DNA of 64,000 nucleotides from NCBI GenBank assembly GCA_027459605.1, contig DAIDHR010000004.1:3886-67885 (forward strand), read 5' to 3'. The notes beneath the pieces were generated by a model. That model saw only the letters and a list, made by a program, of their open reading frames with translations, did no database searches and had not been told where the DNA came from. Below are positions 27,757 to 36,546 of the stretch, one piece after another. The stretch comes from Alphaproteobacteria bacterium (GTDB lineage Bacteria > Pseudomonadota > Alphaproteobacteria > UBA9655). The position numbers and the translations under genes are program-made. Numbering within the stretch: position 1 is the stretch's first letter; each line of letters begins with the position of its first letter.

Positions 27757-28509
27757 CTGAGTAAGAGTACTATTATTGAAGCTATAAATATATCTAAGAC
27801 CTACATTCAACAAGATGGCCCACGTGTTAGAAATGTTTCTCTTAGAATTCAACAGGGGGAGTGCCTTGTGCTGATTGGATCCTCAGGAGGTGGAAAAACA
27901 ACCCTTCTTAAGCTGTTAAATGGTCTTGAAAAACCAACCTCTGGCACGATCCTTATTTGGGGAAAAGATATTCAAACTTACAATATATACGAACTCCGCC
28001 GCTCCTTTTTTGGGTATGTCTTTCAAAAAATTGGGTTATTCCCTCACATGACTGTAAGCGAAAATATCGATATTGTCCTCCGCCTGAATAAAAAAAATGC
28101 TGAATATCGAAAAAAAAAAGTTTGGAAACTTTTGGAGTTCATGCATTTAGATCCTCGGGCATATCTTGATCGTTACCCAGACCAGCTTTCTGGAGGTGAA
28201 CAACAAAGAGTTGGAGTAGCTCGAGCCCTAGCGATGGATTCTGAGTGTCTCCTGATGGATGAACCTTTTGGAGCTTTAGATGCTGTTACGCGGTGTGAGC
28301 TTCAGGCCGCGATCTTAAGGTTAAAAAAAGAACTCAATAAGACAATTATTTTTGTAACCCATGACATTTCTGAAGCCTTTAAGCTGGGTGATCGGATTGT
28401 TGTAATGCAAGAGGGGCTTATTGAACAGATTGGAACAAAAGAAGACCTTACAACATCTCCTCAGACCTCCTTTGTTCAACAGTTAGTCAATAGTGGACTT
28501 AACCATTAG
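27757..28509 (+). CDS. Osmoprotectant (glycine betaine/choline type) ABC transporter ATP-binding protein
   Basis: Walker A GSSGGGKTT, signature LSGGEQQRV and Walker B LLMDEP. The frame is open from 27742. The only SD-backed start is CTG 27757, with GGGGGAGG 5 nt upstream. The track start GTG 27868 falls 3 codons before Walker A. Confidence 0.85.
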   Translation: MSKSTIIEAINISKTYIQQDGPRVRNVSLRIQQGECLVLIGSSGGGKTTLLKLLNGLEKPTSGTILIWGKDIQTYNIYELRRSFFGYVFQKIGLFPHMTVSENIDIVLRLNKKNAEYRKKKVWKLLEFMHLDPRAYLDRYPDQLSGGEQQRVGVARALAMDSECLLMDEPFGALDAVTRCELQAAILRLKKELNKTIIFVTHDISEAFKLGDRIVVMQEGLIEQIGTKEDLTTSPQTSFVQQLVNSGLNH

Positions 28510-28515
28510 GGGAAT

Positions 28516-30069
28516 ATGATCAGCGGATTTTTTCACTTTTTAGGAGAACAGGCTTTTTCTCTTCAGCAAAAAACTTTCGAGCATATTTCACTTGCGGGTC
28601 TTTCCGTTATTTTTGCTTCAGCGATAGCCATTCCTTTAGGAATCCTCATTACCCGCTTTTCATGGCTTCAAAACATCACATTAAGGATGGGGAGTATTTC
28701 CCAAACAATTCCTAGCTTAGGCCTCCTCGCTCTTTTAATTCCCTTTGTTGGGTTAGGGACTGTTCCAACCTTAATTGTCCTAACATTTTATGCTATCTAC
28801 CCTATCTTAAAGAATACAAATACTGGACTAAGAGGGGTTCCCTCTGCATGTATTGAAGCTGCTAATGGCCTTGGCTTTTCAAGCTTCCAAAGATTACGGT
28901 TTGTAGAACTTCCCCTAGCTCTTCCAAGTATTATTTCAGGAATCCGGATTGCAACTGCGATGACGGTTGGAATTACCACAATTGCGGCTTTTATTGGAGC
29001 GGGAGGCCTTGGAGACTTCATTACTCAAGGCCTTGCTTTAAATAACCCTTCGTTGATTTTATTAGGAACTATTCCCGCTGCTGTCCTTGCGTTCGTCCTT
29101 GATTATGGTATTTCTCGCCTTGAAAAACAACTCCAAAACAGGGAGTTAAAAAAAACTTTTTTCCCTCAAGTACAAAAAGTCCTTCTAATTAGCATTGTAT
29201 CCATTTTGATTGTTTTGATAGGAAGTCCCTACGTTAAACAAATTTTGCCGAAAAAAGAGGATCATATTGTCATTGCTAGCAAAAATTTCACGGAACAATA
29301 TCTTTTAGCAGAACTTATGGCTCAACTGATCGAAGCCAAAAGTCCTTTAAAAGTGATTCGAAAAACAAATTTAGGATCGATTGACGTTATTCACCAAGCG
29401 CTTCTAAAGGGTGAAGTTGATCTCTATCCTGAATACACCGGAACTGCTTATCTATCCATTTTAAAATTCCCCTTGAACCATGGGATATTCCCTGGAATTG
29501 ATGAGGTGAGGAGAATTTATGAATCTAAATTTAACCTTCTGTGGCTTAAGCCCTTTGGGTTTTCCAATGGACAAACCTTAGCTGTCAAAAAGGAGTTTTC
29601 TCAAAAACATAATGTCCATTCTCTCTCCGATCTTGCAAAACTTTCCTCGGCGTTAACAATTGCTACCCCTCCTGAGTTTTTAATGCGGCAAGATGCCTTT
29701 CCTGGGCTAAAGCGAGCTTATGGATTTACCTTTAGAAAAATTATACAAATCGACCCGAGCTTACTCTATTCGGCAATAGATGCCCACAAAGTCGACGTCA
29801 TCAGTGTCAACACAACCGATGCTAAACTTGAAAAATCCAATTTGGTTTCCTTAGAAGATGATAAAAAGTTGTATCCCCTTTATCAGGCAGCTCCAATCAT
29901 TCGTAAGGCTGTTCTTAAGGCGCATCCTCAAATCTATCAAGCTTTGTCCCCCCTCTTCGGATTACTTACTCAAGAGAGGATAGCTCGGCTTAATTATAAA
30001 ATTGATGTAGAAGGAAAATCTCCCTTCGATGTGGCCCATGAGTTTCTTTGTGAATTTAACCTACTTTAA
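28516..30069 (+). CDS. Fused ABC permease / substrate-binding protein (OpuBC/OpuCC-type osmoprotectant uptake)
   Basis: The N-terminal 210 aa form a BPD-type permease. The C-terminal 290 aa form a glycine-betaine-type SBP (DLYPEYTGTAY motif). Confidence 0.88.
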   Translation: MISGFFHFLGEQAFSLQQKTFEHISLAGLSVIFASAIAIPLGILITRFSWLQNITLRMGSISQTIPSLGLLALLIPFVGLGTVPTLIVLTFYAIYPILKNTNTGLRGVPSACIEAANGLGFSSFQRLRFVELPLALPSIISGIRIATAMTVGITTIAAFIGAGGLGDFITQGLALNNPSLILLGTIPAAVLAFVLDYGISRLEKQLQNRELKKTFFPQVQKVLLISIVSILIVLIGSPYVKQILPKKEDHIVIASKNFTEQYLLAELMAQLIEAKSPLKVIRKTNLGSIDVIHQALLKGEVDLYPEYTGTAYLSILKFPLNHGIFPGIDEVRRIYESKFNLLWLKPFGFSNGQTLAVKKEFSQKHNVHSLSDLAKLSSALTIATPPEFLMRQDAFPGLKRAYGFTFRKIIQIDPSLLYSAIDAHKVDVISVNTTDAKLEKSNLVSLEDDKKLYPLYQAAPIIRKAVLKAHPQIYQALSPLFGLLTQERIARLNYKIDVEGKSPFDVAHEFLCEFNLL

Positions 30070-30073
30070 TGTT

Positions 30074-31816
30074 TTATTTATTTAATAAACGCGATACCCT
30101 TGCTGGAGAAAGGGGTTTGCTAAAATAAAAACCTTGGATATAGGGGCAATGATGAGCCACCAAAAAATCATATTGTTCTTTGGTTTCTACCCCTTCCGCA
30201 ATTGTCTTAATATTTAATCTTTCAGCAAGACTCATAATTGAAGTGATTATGTGTTCATCCTTCTCATTTTTCCCAATTCCATCGATAAAGGATTTATCAA
30301 TCTTTAAAAAAGACACGGGGAGATCGGGCAACCGCTCTAGGGAAGAGTATTTCGTCCCAAAGTCATCAATTGAAATGGAAAAGCCCTTTTCAACAAGCTG
30401 GGTTAAATAAGTTATAATCTTCTTTTGATTATGTATGAATGTGGATTCGGTAATTTCTAAAACAACAGACTGCGGAGACAGCTTTTCTTCCCTGCAAATA
30501 CGTTCCAAATTCATAAGGTGGTTAATATCATGCAGTTGCCGTACCGAAAAGTTAATACTGATATAAAGCTCTTCATGCTGTTTTTGCCACATTTTTAGTT
30601 GACGGCAAGCGGTTCTAAAAACCCAATTACCGACTATCTTCATAATGGGTTTATGTTCAATAAGAGGGATAAAATCTAGGGGTGGAATATAATCTAAGGG
30701 AGGAATGAGCCCAAAACTTGGATGTTTCCATCGCAAAAGAGCTTCTAATCCAACAACTCTGTGGCTCGGTACTTCAATTATAGGTTGATACTCCAAATAA
30801 AATTGTTTCTTTGATAAAGCAGAATCAAGAGCAACTTCTAATTCATATTTTCTTCTGTAATTAACATCCATTCCTATGTGAAAAATCTCATAATTATTCC
30901 CCCCCTTTTGCTTAACATGGTACATGGCAAGATCTGTCTTTTTAATAAGGGTCATATCATCCTCACCATCTTTAGGATAAGAGGAAATTCCGACACTGGC
31001 TGTAACTTTAATTTGTTTATTTAAGATCCGAAAAGGATCTCGAAATAGATCAAGAATTCGTTTGGCAAAATGGCGTATATCCTGTTCATCCCCCGATTTG
31101 CTCGTAAGGATGGCAAATTCGTCTCCTCCTATTCGAAAAACGTAATCACCAGCTCGTATGGAAGTTAAAAGTCTATCAGCGATTGATTTTAAGAGTGAAT
31201 CTCCCACCTTATGACCCAAAGAATCATTAACAACTTTAAATTGGTCGATTCCGATAAAAAAAAGGAAAAGGCTAAGTTGTTTCTTTTTAGCCTCCTTCAT
31301 TTTCCTTTGAAGAGTTTCTTCAAAAAAAAGACGATTGGGAACTTCTGTTAAGTAATCATAATATGTTATCCTTTCAATATCTTCTTCCAACATTTTAAAT
31401 TCACTGAGATCAATAAATGTACAAATAAAAAGTGTTTCCTTTGGTCCTTTTATTAATGGAACAATTTCGAGTCTTGCAGGTATAGCTGATTTATCCTTTT
31501 TAAAAATATGAACCTTATAGCTGAGCCTTTCCTTCTTGAGTTTTCTGTCATTTCCTATTTTGGTGTAAACTTCATTTGAGAGAAGTTTTGAGCATGATTG
31601 CCCCACTAGTTCAGCTTTTGTAAACCCAAATAATGTTTCTGCGTTCTTATTTACAAAAAGAATTATATTTTTCATACTTGTAATCATCTTGGCATTAGGA
31701 GCAGACTCTAAGAGAGTTTCAAACTCATCAGTAAGCCTTTTATTTTTTTCCCCATAATAGAGGAGAAACCAAATATACACACAACTAAAAGTCAGAAGAA
31801 GAAATGCTAAAGTCAT
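30074..31816 (-). CDS. TM-PAS-GGDEF-EAL c-di-GMP signalling protein
   Basis: GGDEF motif RIGGDEFAIL with an RAGD I-site 5 aa upstream. EAL motifs are LEALLRW, LEITES, DDFGTKYSS and AEGVET. Confidence 0.9.
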   Translation of the reverse strand: MTLAFLLLTFSCVYIWFLLYYGEKNKRLTDEFETLLESAPNAKMITSMKNIILFVNKNAETLFGFTKAELVGQSCSKLLSNEVYTKIGNDRKLKKERLSYKVHIFKKDKSAIPARLEIVPLIKGPKETLFICTFIDLSEFKMLEEDIERITYYDYLTEVPNRLFFEETLQRKMKEAKKKQLSLFLFFIGIDQFKVVNDSLGHKVGDSLLKSIADRLLTSIRAGDYVFRIGGDEFAILTSKSGDEQDIRHFAKRILDLFRDPFRILNKQIKVTASVGISSYPKDGEDDMTLIKKTDLAMYHVKQKGGNNYEIFHIGMDVNYRRKYELEVALDSALSKKQFYLEYQPIIEVPSHRVVGLEALLRWKHPSFGLIPPLDYIPPLDFIPLIEHKPIMKIVGNWVFRTACRQLKMWQKQHEELYISINFSVRQLHDINHLMNLERICREEKLSPQSVVLEITESTFIHNQKKIITYLTQLVEKGFSISIDDFGTKYSSLERLPDLPVSFLKIDKSFIDGIGKNEKDEHIITSIMSLAERLNIKTIAEGVETKEQYDFLVAHHCPYIQGFYFSKPLSPARVSRLLNK

Positions 31817-31822
31817 GAGCCC

Positions 31823-32761
31823 TCAATCAAGAGGACTTATGGTAACCAAATAATGTCCTGGTTTGGGTGTAAAATTTAATGCCCATGTTTCACCAAGTTT
31901 ATGGATTTCATGAGTATAATAAACATCTCTGAAATGACCTCCCTCTTTTCCATTTCTTTTTGAAGAATACGCTATTCTGCGTTCCAAAGGAGCATGGATA
32001 TCAATCAAGGTGATATCTATAAATTTAACCTTTTCTTCAATGGATTTTTCTACGAGATCCTTAAAACGTATGGCCCCAATGATAAAGCCTTCGATGTTTT
32101 GTCTTCTCTCTTCAAGAGTGGATGAGGGTTTGTTTAGCTTATAAATGGGGGCTATAATTAAAAAACCCAAATTGTTTTTTTCACCTATTAAAAAAAGAGG
32201 ATCTGTTGCCAATGTTTTTCCTGAATCACGGCTTTTTTTAATAAGACCTTGTAAATTTTCAGTAGAGAGCAATTCAACTCCAGAAACAGTTTCGGTTTCT
32301 TCAGATGGCTCAACGTAAAGAGCAGGATAATACTCAGGCTGTATAGGGGTGGGTATTGTCACATTTTCTGAAATCTTACTCCATATATGATAATGAGGGG
32401 CTATTTGACGACCTTCCTTCTCATAAGCACTTCTTTGGCTGTTAAGAACACGTGGATGCCAAGCCAGGACTTTGATGGACTTATGGTTCTTAGTTAACCG
32501 ACTAGCAAAGGCGTGAAAAGCTTGCGGCGATGGAACTCCAATTGTTTCAAAAAAACTTTGGAGAGAAGAAACAGCATCAAGATCATAAGAAAATTCTCTT
32601 TCAATATCTTGAGCATAGTTTCTAGCATCTATCGAAAAGGTTTCTTTTGTTTTTTGAACTTCGTATTGGTGAACAAATAGATATCCCCTGATGACTAAAA
32701 GCACCCCACTCAAAAAAATAAATGCCGCAATTATATTTTTTTTCATAACCTTTTGGGGCAA
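31823..32761 (-). CDS. CHASE-domain sensor protein (N-terminal TM + periplasmic CHASE), separated from the downstream GGDEF-EAL ORF by one in-frame TGA
   Basis: LAWHPRVLNSQRSAYEKEGRQ... has the CHASE pattern. The ORF ends at TGA 31823-31825, 6 nt before the next ATG and in the same frame. Confidence 0.7.
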   Translation of the reverse strand: MPQKVMKKNIIAAFIFLSGVLLVIRGYLFVHQYEVQKTKETFSIDARNYAQDIEREFSYDLDAVSSLQSFFETIGVPSPQAFHAFASRLTKNHKSIKVLAWHPRVLNSQRSAYEKEGRQIAPHYHIWSKISENVTIPTPIQPEYYPALYVEPSEETETVSGVELLSTENLQGLIKKSRDSGKTLATDPLFLIGEKNNLGFLIIAPIYKLNKPSSTLEERRQNIEGFIIGAIRFKDLVEKSIEEKVKFIDITLIDIHAPLERRIAYSSKRNGKEGGHFRDVYYTHEIHKLGETWALNFTPKPGHYLVTISPLD

Positions 32762-32818
32762 GTTAATGTTTTGCTTTGGGTTTATTGTGAATAAATAAAG
32801 GTTAAAATTTAATGAAGT

Positions 32819-34189
32819 TTAGGGACTTATATAAACCGTTTTACAGTTTACAAATTCCTTGATGCCAATATGAGAAAGCTCTCGGCCAAACCCACTTTCT
32901 TTAATACCTCCAAAGGGAAGGCGTGGATCAGATTTTACATTTCCATTTACAAAACAGCTCCCTGCCTGAAGGTCTTCTAACGCAACACGCTCCCCTTTCT
33001 TTAAATCTGTCGTAAAAACGGCAGCGCCAAGTCCATAAGACGTTTCATTTGCAACATGGATGGCCTCTTGTTCATTTTTTACGCTTATAATGGCGGCAAC
33101 TGGACCGAACAATTCCTCCGTGTAAGCTGCCATACCTTGCGTTACTTGAGTCAAGATTGTGGGAGGATAAAATGCCCCTTTTCCTTCAGGAATAGATCCT
33201 TTCCAAAGACAGATAGCCCCCTTATCAAGACTTTGTGAGACTTGGCGATGAAGGGCCTCTGTTAGATCAAGACGGGCCAAAGGTCCTACTGTTGTAGACT
33301 CTTGTAAGGGATCTCCAACAACAGCTTTTTTCATCTCCTCCATACAAAGCTCTTCGAAGTGTTTTCTAAGGCTTTCGAGTATAATAAATCTTTTTGCAGC
33401 AATACAGCTTTGCCCTGAATTTAAGAGACGACTCATAACACACACAGCAGCTGCTTCTTCTAACTTGGCATCCTCTAAAATCACGTAAGGATCACTTCCT
33501 CCAAGCTCAAGCACACATTTCTTTAAGAACTGCCCGGCTTTTGCTCCTACAGCTCGTCCAGCCTCTGTACTCCCTGTGAGCGTTACCCCTTTAATTGAGG
33601 GAAATTCAATGAGAGAGAGAGCGGTTGAACTCGAAATTAAAAGAGTTTTAAAGAGATCCTCTGGAAATCCTGCTTCTTTGAAAACACGTTGAATAGCAAG
33701 AGCACATCCGGGAACGTTTGATGCATGCTTTAGGACAACAGAATTACCTGCCATCAAAGCTGGGACGGCTGCCCGAAAGGCTTGCCAAAAGGGAAAATTC
33801 CAAGGCATAATGGCTAAAATTACACTCAAGGGCTCATAAGCAATGTAGCTCTTCAGAGCATCGGTTTTGACGAGCTCAGGTTTGAGAAAACCTTGACCCA
33901 TTTCAGCAAAATAGTCACAAAGCCACGCACATTTTTCAATTTCCGCCCTGGCTTGTTTTATGGGCTTTCCCATTTCAAGAGTCATCAATCTTGCAAACTC
34001 TTCCTTGTCAGAACGAAGGTGTTGAGCTGCAGACTTTAACCCCTCGGACCGGACTTGAAAGGACGTTGTCCGCCACTTTAAAAAAGCAGAATCACTTTTC
34101 TCAATAGCTTTTACGGATTCTTCAAGCTTCATCTCAGGATATGTGGCCAGAGTCTCACCTGATGCTGGATTTATTGATGTAATACTCAT
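32819..34189 (-). CDS. NAD(P)-dependent aldehyde / succinate-semialdehyde dehydrogenase
   Basis: Carries ALDH motifs: VLELGGSDP (Glu site), the NSGQSCIAAKR catalytic Cys and EELFGPV. Start taken at ATG 34189, which has GGGAGG upstream. Confidence 0.88.
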   Translation of the reverse strand: MSITSINPASGETLATYPEMKLEESVKAIEKSDSAFLKWRTTSFQVRSEGLKSAAQHLRSDKEEFARLMTLEMGKPIKQARAEIEKCAWLCDYFAEMGQGFLKPELVKTDALKSYIAYEPLSVILAIMPWNFPFWQAFRAAVPALMAGNSVVLKHASNVPGCALAIQRVFKEAGFPEDLFKTLLISSSTALSLIEFPSIKGVTLTGSTEAGRAVGAKAGQFLKKCVLELGGSDPYVILEDAKLEEAAAVCVMSRLLNSGQSCIAAKRFIILESLRKHFEELCMEEMKKAVVGDPLQESTTVGPLARLDLTEALHRQVSQSLDKGAICLWKGSIPEGKGAFYPPTILTQVTQGMAAYTEELFGPVAAIISVKNEQEAIHVANETSYGLGAAVFTTDLKKGERVALEDLQAGSCFVNGNVKSDPRLPFGGIKESGFGRELSHIGIKEFVNCKTVYISP

Positions 34190-34381
34190 GATTTTTTGAC
34201 CTCCCTTGATCAAATTATTTATTTTTCCTGAAATGAACAAAATTCAGGAATAATTTTTACCCTTCATTATTATTTTAAATGGATTAGTTTAAAAGTCAAA
34301 TTTTCAAATTGCCCATATGATGTTTTTTTCTGTTATCTTTCAACAAATTACCGAACATCAATTTTGGATAATAAATCTACT

Positions 34382-34504
34382 TAACCTGAGTTCTGATTAA
34401 AGACGGGGGTTTTGTCATTGCGAGGCGCCAAAGGCGCCGTGGCAATGACGATAGCCATTTGTATTTAAATGCAAAAAATAGTGGTTTATCCAAAACCAGG
34501 ATTA
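34382..34504. mobile_element. MITE-like element, copy B (123 bp, degenerate TIRs, inverted relative to copy A)
   Basis: TIRs are TAACCTGAGTTCTGATTAA and TTATCCAAAACCAGGATTA. The central hairpin is GTCATTGCGAGGCGCCAAAGGCGCCGTGGCAATGAC. This matches the reverse complement of 17468-17535. Confidence 0.6.
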
Positions 34505-34930
34505 CTCGATTACCTTTTTTGTAGCTGAAATAAGGCGCCCATCTTGAGTATAAATCGCAGTTAAATGAATCATGTTTCCTTTGAAATGTTCTATGGGTGT
34601 ACCAACGGCTTCCCAGATACCAAGGGTCAGGACATCCATAACACCGTGAGCTACAGCACGACCAGTACTTGGCTCTTTGCCAACTTCATATTCATAGACA
34701 GCAACAATTTGCCCATTTGGCTTTTGTTCTATTGTAATTGGGTCTCCTAATTGCATTTCTATGTCTGAACGTGATACATTTTGCTTAACTACAGTCAAAT
34801 CAGGCTCGTCTTTCCCATCTAAAGACATAACAACAGAACAAGCAGATAAAGAGCTCATGCACAATAAGGCCAATAAATATTTTTGGGTATTTTTTAAAGA
34901 AAGAAACATCATCACTCCTTTTTTAAACAT
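34502..34930 (-). CDS. Hypothetical lipoprotein
   Basis: Lipobox LSAC. The stop codon is supplied by the last 3 nt of MITE copy B. Confidence 0.6.
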   Translation of the reverse strand: MFKKGVMMFLSLKNTQKYLLALLCMSSLSACSVVMSLDGKDEPDLTVVKQNVSRSDIEMQLGDPITIEQKPNGQIVAVYEYEVGKEPSTGRAVAHGVMDVLTLGIWEAVGTPIEHFKGNMIHLTAIYTQDGRLISATKKVIE

Positions 34931-35151
34931 ACATCAAACATAGAGTCTAATTCCTTATAAGATATTTTTTTTAAACAAGGAACTCTTGAAGAGATCTACA
35001 AGAAAAAAGAAATAGAAACAATCCAAAACATAACGTTCTTGTGAGAAGGCTCTGAAGTAGTAGGTATTTTGCCCTATTTTTTTGTCGTGAAAATAGGTAT
35101 ACTTTTGGTGCTAAATATTAATTTTTCTCCCAAAAAAAGTAGGGACAAGCC

Positions 35152-36546
35152 ATGGATTTTGATCCTATCCTTTTTTCTCGTATCCAGTTTGCGTTTACGG
35201 TAAGTTTTCACATTATTTTCCCCTCCCTGACCATTGGTCTCGCAAGCTGGCTTGCTGTCGTTGAAGGGCTTTGGCTTAAGACTGGAAATCAAGCCTACAA
35301 AGATATTTATACCCTATGGGTTAAGATTTTTGCCATTACCTTCGGTATGGGCGTTGTCTCTGGTGTTGTGATGTCTTATCAATTTGGAACAAACTGGTCT
35401 GCATTTTCAGATAGAACAGGGAATGTTATCGGCCCTCTCCTTGCCTTTGAAGTCTTAACGGCTTTTTTTCTCGAAGCTTCCTTCCTTGGAATCATGATTT
35501 TTGGATGGGAGCGTGTTACAGCGAAGATGCATTTCCTATCCACAATTACAGTTGCCTTTGGAACCGTTGTTTCTACCTTTTGGATTATGGCAGCCAATAG
35601 CTGGATGCAAACCCCTTCAGGCTACGAAATTTCGCCTGAGGGAATTTTTCATCCCCTCAATTGGATCGATATTATTTTTAATCCTTCTTTCCCTTTCCGC
35701 CTCCTGCATATGATTACGGGAGCCTATCTTGCAACAGCCTTTTTTGTGGGAGGAATAGGGGCCTTCTATCTCTTGAAAAAACGTCACCTTAATCAGGCTC
35801 GCATTATGTTTGGAATGGCGATGCTGATGGCTATTTTTGTAGCCCCCTTTCAAATCTTTTTAGGGGACCTTCATGGCTTAAATACATTTCACCATCAACC
35901 AGCCAAAGTTGCTGCCATCGAAGGCCTTTGGGAAACAGAAAAAGGAGCCTCTCTTATTTTATTTGGTTGGCCCGATGATACAACTGAAGAAACAAAATAT
36001 GCTCTTAAAATCCCAAAATTAACGAGCCTCATTTTAACCCATAATCTTAACGGAGAAGTTAAAGGCTTAAAAGAATGGCAACCGGATGCAAGGCCTCCTG
36101 TTATGCTTCCTTTCTGGAGCTTTCGCGTCATGGTTGGACTTGGATGTCTCATGGCCTTAACAGGGCTTATGGCTCTTTGGCTCTACCTCCGAGGAAGATT
36201 GTTTACCCCAAGATGGTTTCAGATCTGGTGCGTTGGTATGACCCCTTCTGGTTTTATTGCCGTTCTTTCCGGTTGGTTTGTCGCAGAAGTGGGGCGTCAG
36301 CCCTATATTGTCTATGGCCTGATGAAAACCCTTGAGGCCGTATCCCCTGTCTTAGGCCAACATGTCTTTATCTCCCTTCTTGCTTTTATCCTTGTTTACT
36401 CCTTTATCTTTGGAGCTGGAATTTATTACATCATAAAGCTTATCCAAAAAGGGCCAGGGCCGTCTCGAAAAGAAGAAATTTACGGATCTCATGGCCTTCC
36501 AACCCCTCCTTCTGTTATAGCTATTGAAAGGGAAAGCCATGTTTGA
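35152..36546 (+). CDS. cydA: Cytochrome bd-type quinol oxidase subunit I (short Q-loop, CioA-like)
   Basis: N-terminus LSRIQFAFTVSFHIIFPSLTIGLA, plus GWFVAEVGRQPY. The 464-aa length implies a short Q-loop. Confidence 0.93.
   Translation: MDFDPILFSRIQFAFTVSFHIIFPSLTIGLASWLAVVEGLWLKTGNQAYKDIYTLWVKIFAITFGMGVVSGVVMSYQFGTNWSAFSDRTGNVIGPLLAFEVLTAFFLEASFLGIMIFGWERVTAKMHFLSTITVAFGTVVSTFWIMAANSWMQTPSGYEISPEGIFHPLNWIDIIFNPSFPFRLLHMITGAYLATAFFVGGIGAFYLLKKRHLNQARIMFGMAMLMAIFVAPFQIFLGDLHGLNTFHHQPAKVAAIEGLWETEKGASLILFGWPDDTTEETKYALKIPKLTSLILTHNLNGEVKGLKEWQPDARPPVMLPFWSFRVMVGLGCLMALTGLMALWLYLRGRLFTPRWFQIWCVGMTPSGFIAVLSGWFVAEVGRQPYIVYGLMKTLEAVSPVLGQHVFISLLAFILVYSFIFGAGIYYIIKLIQKGPGPSRKEEIYGSHGLPTPPSVIAIERESHV

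Noticed and set aside
31814-31825. Possibility that TGA is decoded as Trp (genetic code 4) or as selenocysteine at the CHASE/GGDEF junction.
   Set aside because: TGA terminates several well-delimited genes in this window at the expected protein ends, such as dsbD-like, cydA, the sensor kinase and pirin. No SECIS-like hairpin follows the codon.
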